NCBI RefSeq assembly: GCF_006345805.1
Contig: NC_043006.1
Location: 58,590,001 to 58,654,000 of the forward strand
DNA: 64,000 nucleotides
Source of the DNA: Octopus sinensis
Lineage: Eukaryota
Direction of reading: 5' to 3'
The notes beneath the pieces were generated by a model that worked only from the letters and a program-made list of their open reading frames with translations, ran no database searches and had not been told where the DNA came from. This document shows, in pieces, positions 58,233 to 64,000 of this stretch; the stretch's first letter is position 1, and every line of letters begins with the position of its first letter. The translations under genes and the position numbers were made by a program.

Positions 58233-60362
58233 GGGAACCATTTTTGGCTTGAGCTCAGAAACCGATTCCTAGCGCTTGGCGATGAGTTGGTTCAACAACC
58301 GGAGCAGGAATGGAGTGCACTCTAGACGGTGATGACTGAGGTGGCCGGGAAGCATCTTGGGTCCACCAGATAGTGCCATCGGGACTGGATCTCCGGTGAC
58401 ACTCTTGAACTCGCTGAGAGGGCGAGAGTGGCTCGACTGGAGGGTGCACCAAATTTTCGAGATCTGCGACAACGCGCCTTCAGAATGCACACTGGCATGC
58501 ATTCACAGAGTGGACGGAAGGGGCAGCAGCCTGTGGTGACTCGTGCAAACTCTACCAGCTGGTGAAACAGGCTAGCCGAGGCAATATGGGTATCAGTGAG
58601 ATGATCTGAGATCGGACTGGCACGGTCATTATGAATCTTAGTGACCGGCTGGATCGATGGCAGGACCACTGCTCCGAGCTGCTCAACCATCCGCCACCAT
58701 CTTCACAAACCTTCGTGCAGCCAATTAGGGACGACTGCAGTTGCAGTACTGCCCCTCCAACGGTTGAGGAGATACGCGGTGTCCTGACCCATCTCCGGAA
58801 CAACAAAGTGCCAGGCGAAGATGGTATTCCAGCAAAGGTGTACAAAGCTGAGCCAGATGTCTTCGCATCCTGACTCCATCGAGTCTTCTCCATGGTGTGG
58901 GCGATGGAGCATTTCCCTGAGGACTGGAGCGATGCAACCCTCCTGCCGTTCTTCAAAACAGGTGACAAAAGGCTGTGCTCAAACTATAGGGGCATCAGCC
59001 TTATCGATGTTGCTGCCAAATCCTTCACAATTCTTCTGCTGAAGAGGTTCCAGACCGTCCGTGATGTCCGTACCCGGCCTTCTCAGGGTGGCTTCCGTCC
59101 GGGAAGAGGGTGTGTCGATCAAATCTTCAACCTCCAGCGTGTTCTGGAGCAATGGTGGGTGTACCAGCAGCCTACTGTTCTATGCTTCATCGACTTCACT
59201 GCTGCCTTTGATTCAGTAGATTGGGAGGCTCTGTGGTGTATAATGCAGGCGGACGGTATCCCAGAAAAGGTGCTCCACCTCATACAAGGCTACTACCGAT
59301 CGACTCGAGCACGTGTCAGGGTCTATGGTGAGCAGACGGCGCCATTTGATGTTGGGACAGGTGTGCGGCAGGGGTGCACGCTGTCGCCAACCCTCTTCAT
59401 CTACGCCATTGACTATGTTCTCAACACCGCGCTCCGGGACTACCGGGGTGTAGAGGTTGGGAGAGGAGTTGTGGTGACAGACCTGGCCTATGCGGATGAC
59501 ATTGTACTGATGGGTGCAAGCAGGGAGGATGTTCAAGCAGCACTCGAAGGGGTTCAAACAGCAGCAGCCACGGTTGGTCTCCGAATCAATGCCACCAAGT
59601 TGAAGGTGATGAGGTCGTTGGTTCCAACTGACATCTGGCAGCCAATATCTCTCGCAGGCGAGGACCTGGAGGATGTGGAGGCTTTCATCTACTTGGGCTC
59701 AACGGTGATCCCAAACGGTCAGGGTGCAGCTGAAGTTGATCATCGCATCAATGCTGCTCGATCTGCCTTTGGACGCCTAAAGCAGTGTCTGTGGGACGGA
59801 AGGGAGATCTCATCAGTGACCAAAGGGTGAATATATCAGGCCGTCGTTAGTACAGTACTTCTCTATGGCTGTGAAACGTGGCCTATGCGGGTGGTCGATC
59901 AATGAAGGCTGGAAGTCTTCGACAATGACTGCCTCCGGTGCATTCTTCACTGCCGTTGGGTGGATCGAGTTCCCACCGCCAATCTCCGACTTCGCCTGTC
60001 TCTGCGGCCCCTTCCATCTGTCCTTCTGCAATGGTGCTTAAGGTGGTGGTTTGGCCATGCATGTAGGCGTCCGGTGGGTGAACTGAGCTGTGATGTCCTT
60101 CTCCCAACTCCACTTCCCAACTGGCGGAAACGTGCGGGCAGGCAGCTGAAGACCTGGGTTATGATGATCAAGGAGGACCTCTCTGTGCTCACGGGTCCAC
60201 AGGTGGTTGGCCTGCGCCGATGGAACTGTGACTGGCTCGCTATCTCCAGTGAACTGGCGCAGGACCGTCGTGCGTGGGCTGCCATGGTTCGAGATGCCTC
60301 TAGGGTGGTAGAAGAAGCCGACTCAACCCGCCCAAGGTGAATGTCGCCACAAGTACAAGTAA
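58231..60362 (+). mobile_element. 5'-truncated RTE-clade LINE (linker plus RT), (CAAGTA)n tail, inserted in (TA)n
   Basis: ORFs 58631, 58892 and 59960 are in one frame, broken by TGA stops; NYRGISL, QGGFRPGRGCVDQIF, GVRQGCTLSPTLF, LAYADDI, YLGS. Confidence 0.93.
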
Positions 60363-60489
60363 GTAAATATAATATGTGACAATTATTTAGTAACCATGAT
60401 AATGGTCACATATTATATTTACAGATAAATTCCTCTATTTACATAATATCGAGGTCTCTTTCATTCATATGTTGTCTTGCCATTTCTAT

Positions 60490-60526
<37 letters not shown>

Positions 60527-62192
60527 CTATAATGGAGAAAGCTGCTTATTATTTAGGTATGTAACAATTATTAAAAGTACTAAAAGAAAGCAATTATTAA
60601 AGGGTTGACCGTCTGGAAATATTTTTACAAACTTATGTTCTAAGAAATTTCCTATAATTTCAGTTTCTCAAATTTATTGAAATTTTTTAACTCCAGTTTC
60701 TCACAAATTTAAATATCCATTGCATTCACTGTGTCCAATTATTTACAGATTTAAATATCCATTGCATTCACTGCGGAGTATTCCATTTTCATTTGCAAAG
60801 TCTCTCACTTTCTCTTTTAAGCTTTAATTCGCTATTTGGAAACCCAATAGTTTATTCTATTAATGTATACATAATGTGAAAATATTATTTTCAAAATGAA
60901 AATTTTTTTTAAATACCCATATAATTTTTGAATGCGGGATGGCTGTGAGGAGAGCCTAGATAGTTGGGTAATTACTATTAGAAGACGAGGAGGAAAAAAA
61001 GTTACCAACAAGTACTTTAAAATTGCACCTTATTCACAGTTTCTAAACATTTTATACCACTTAGCCAATATATACAGAAACAAGTTGCATGAGCGACTTT
61101 AGCAGTGACAAACACATACTCCAGTACACACTTGCGCGCATACATAGATACAGATAAACACAAATGAAAGGCAATGAATGTGTGTGTGCGCATGCACGCT
61201 CTCTGACCGAGCTTTATGCTGCATCACTTTTGTGAAATTTTGTCAGTGAACAGGTTGCGGTTTCAAAGCGGCGAAAATATTTTGATACAGATGAAATTAT
61301 AATGTTGAAATGAAATTGGTAATACTTAAATACAGAGTCCCTTAATGGTACTATTTAAATACAGGTGTTACATACAAAACATTTTAAATGTATGCTGTGT
61401 GGAGGTGTAATGACACCCTAACCCTCTGTTGTTGGACTACCATGATGTTTGTTTAAAAAAGAGAAATTATGACTGATAAAATAATGAATGCCATATTAAC
61501 TAAGCAAGTGAGCACTAATATACAAAGAAATAATTAGATGTAAAATATAAAAATTATTAGAATTGGGAATCAAATATGAAAATATTATCAAGGGGCTAGC
61601 AGAAAACTGCCTGGAGAGCGGTCTTTCTGCTAGTATATATATAGTCAATTCAAATAAATTATCAATAAAATTAACAATGAAAAAAGAAGGTATCGGGAGG
61701 GTGATGCATACCCTGCATGCAGATAAATTAAAAAAAATTTTTTTTTTTTTTTTTAAAGTATCACCATTATAGGTACTAGAAAATCTACCCATCTACGATG
61801 GAGGCATAAAATGAGGGAGGAAAGTCATAACAGCAGTATGTAATGAGAAATGTGTAAGTGGACTTGATAGATTACTGGGTGATGTCTTAGAGAAATCACA
61901 TTATTGTTGGTGATACAGCATTCTATTGCAGCTATAAGACATGTGTTTTCGACAAAGTGACATGTGATGATGATTCACTCCCAAACTGAAATAGGCTCCC
62001 AGCCTCTGTATCATGAATGGATATATGGACCATTCCTAATGAAAGCCAGAGCTTCCTTCGACCACTACATAAGAAATATTAAGAAAAAATGTTATTTAGA
62101 TAAACTTTTATTTTAGTTGTTTACACTATTTTACACATGTTTACTCTTATACATTCAAAGTTTAAAAATTTCCTTATTTAAATTATGAATCA

Positions 62193-62705
62193 CTAGCAGT
62201 ATCGCCTGGCGTTGCTCGGGTTTGTAAGGGAAATAACTATATAAGCATTTTTAGAGAGTTACTTCCCTTATAGATGCCAATTCGGGCTTTCTTAGCCATT
62301 TCTGTTTTGGTGTCTTCAAGCCATGAAGTTGTTGTTCTAAAAGAATGCTGGTCTCCTTGACAACGCTTTACAACGTTGATTTCCTTACACTCCCTTCCCC
62401 ACAGCTTCACGAGGGAGGGAAGAAGGGGGAGAAGCAAACAGGTGCAGGTGTGACCATGGATGCCAACTCCGCCGCCATCGACACACTAAAAATTATGCAT
62501 TAAAATGGAATAAAAAATGATGTTAAATTATTTTTAAAATCGTAGACTCATCGTAGATGCGCGCTAATACTCAGACAGGCTCGATATGAATCACGACTAT
62601 AAGATACCTGAATTTGGCTAAACTGCACCGCAAAATGTGGGAGTAGTTAGGAATCTAAATCGAAGGGGACAGACACTCACACAACTACAGTTTTATATAT
62701 ATAGA
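62193..62705 (-). mobile_element. Non-autonomous Helitron, subfamily A
   Basis: Canonical termini; near-identical to 3944..4456. Confidence 0.88.
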
Positions 62706-62774
62706 TATTCCGTTTTATAATATCAAAATGATTACAAAACTTCTTTGTAGATGATATTTTCTGTTTGGATGACA

Positions 62775-62950
62775 CTAATTTTCAAATTGCTGGAGTCTGT
62801 TGCTCTACTCTCATAGCGATGTATAACTGGCCATGTGTAAACATCAGAGTGGATAAAAATACCCTTACACGATCTAAAGTCTGGCCCTGTGCCTTGTTTG
62901 CTGTGAATGCATGAGCGGAATCTTTAGGGTTGCAATAAATCAAACTAAAA
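62775..62950 (-). pseudogene. Helitron PIF1-helicase C-terminal motif fragment
   Basis: AFTANKAQGQTLDRVRVFLSTLMFTHGQLYIA resembles the PIF1 T.NK.QGQT...F.HGQLYVA motif. Confidence 0.8.
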
Positions 62951-64000
62951 CTTACCTCACACTGTTCTATGTGAATAATGTCTGGATGTTCTGGGACCAT
63001 GGGTTATTCTGATTGACAAAACTGAGATGTAAACAACAGTCACTTCAATTAACTATTTGGAATCCTGCTTGAGACTAACACACTTCAATAACTACTACAT
63101 AATCACACACACTGTATACTGACACATACTTTTTCCATTTCATTTTCGCTATTAACCATCCTCATGACCCCCTTCATATCTATGATGGGGTTGTGAACTA
63201 TATGATGATAATCAAGAGTTAATTATGGTCTGTGAATTTTTAATAAAAATGTGAAGGTATCAAAAATCGATATCCACGAAATAATAATATTTTCTGATTT
63301 TTTAATGCTAAAAACTTTCCTGTCAACCGTCTTAGTAATCCCGAAAAGTATCATAACCATTGGTTCAGCCAGCTGTACAGATGGACGGACAGATAGACAT
63401 AAAGCCTGTTATAGTAAGATAGCAAATCTGCCCATCTATAATGGGAAATAAAAGGATAGTATCTCAAATCTAAACCCTCTAAATTCATGAACTATATGGG
63501 CGGGGATGGAATCTAGAGTTAATCCTCATCACCAGAATTTTAACAAAAAAAAAAAAAAAATCAAAGGTGGTTTATTAAAACAAAACTCAATATCCACTAA
63601 ATCATCACTGTTGTTGTTGCTGGTGTTGTTGTTGCATAGCCCATGACATCCCTGATCCAAAACATTTATAATCAAATGTGCTCCAGCCATAACTATCTCA
63701 TCTTTTCTTCAAACTGGTATAGCTAGTATTACATTATCAAGTGTATCCTTCCTTTCTATTTCAGATGGTAAAGGAAGAGAGAATTCCTGAAAGAGTTGGC
63801 TGTTCTTTCTAGCAATAATGGGATATCACTTGCCCAAGGTGAAAGGTTCATATGCATTCAGATTTGAAACTCCTTGCTACTGAAGTGTTCGAAAACCTCA
63901 TCAAAAATGTTGAAGACAAATATGATTTTTAAAAATAAGTTTAAGCTGTTAGCATTTAAACTGACCACATCCAGCCACAAGCATAGATGGTGGTGGTGGT

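Noticed and set aside
58255-60285. Several minus-strand ORFs of 60-138 aa
   Set aside because: Antisense shadows of the GC-rich RTE ORF.
58231-60362. Active autonomous LINE
   Set aside because: 5'-truncated (no endonuclease) with several in-frame TGA stops, some at CGA codons.

Overview
AT-rich, repeat-dense animal genomic DNA. The repeat landscape looks like an octopod cephalopod, but that is an inference and was not tested. One complete protein-coding gene can be reconstructed on the minus strand: a six-exon myosin-II essential light chain (Mlc-c/MYL6-like, 147 aa), join(38187..38189,37997..38024,27434..27574,19833..19997,18829..18906,17254..17282). A CpG-rich housekeeping-type promoter at about 11.4-12.05 kb probably belongs to a second gene whose coding exons I could not find in the window. 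The remainder is transposable elements and microsatellites. These include CR1, several RTE-clade LINEs (about 17 3' tails), HERO/R2-group and Penelope relics, Tc1-like and Tigger/pogo transposase relics, ten Helitron copies (seven clustered at 3.9-10.7 kb), Merlin-like and piggyBac-like MITEs, and at least three tRNA-derived SINE families. The most unusual signals are: (i) several hammerhead-ribozyme cores, two of them in fold-back pairs inside the myosin light chain intron 2 and one with an intact core and a 97-nt stem II; (ii) a 1.3-kb long-TIR Merlin-like element carrying a palindromic telomeric-repeat cassette; (iii) a 120-bp locus-specific SINE fragment copied from 51 kb away into a Helitron array. 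No rRNA, true tRNA gene or CRISPR array was seen.
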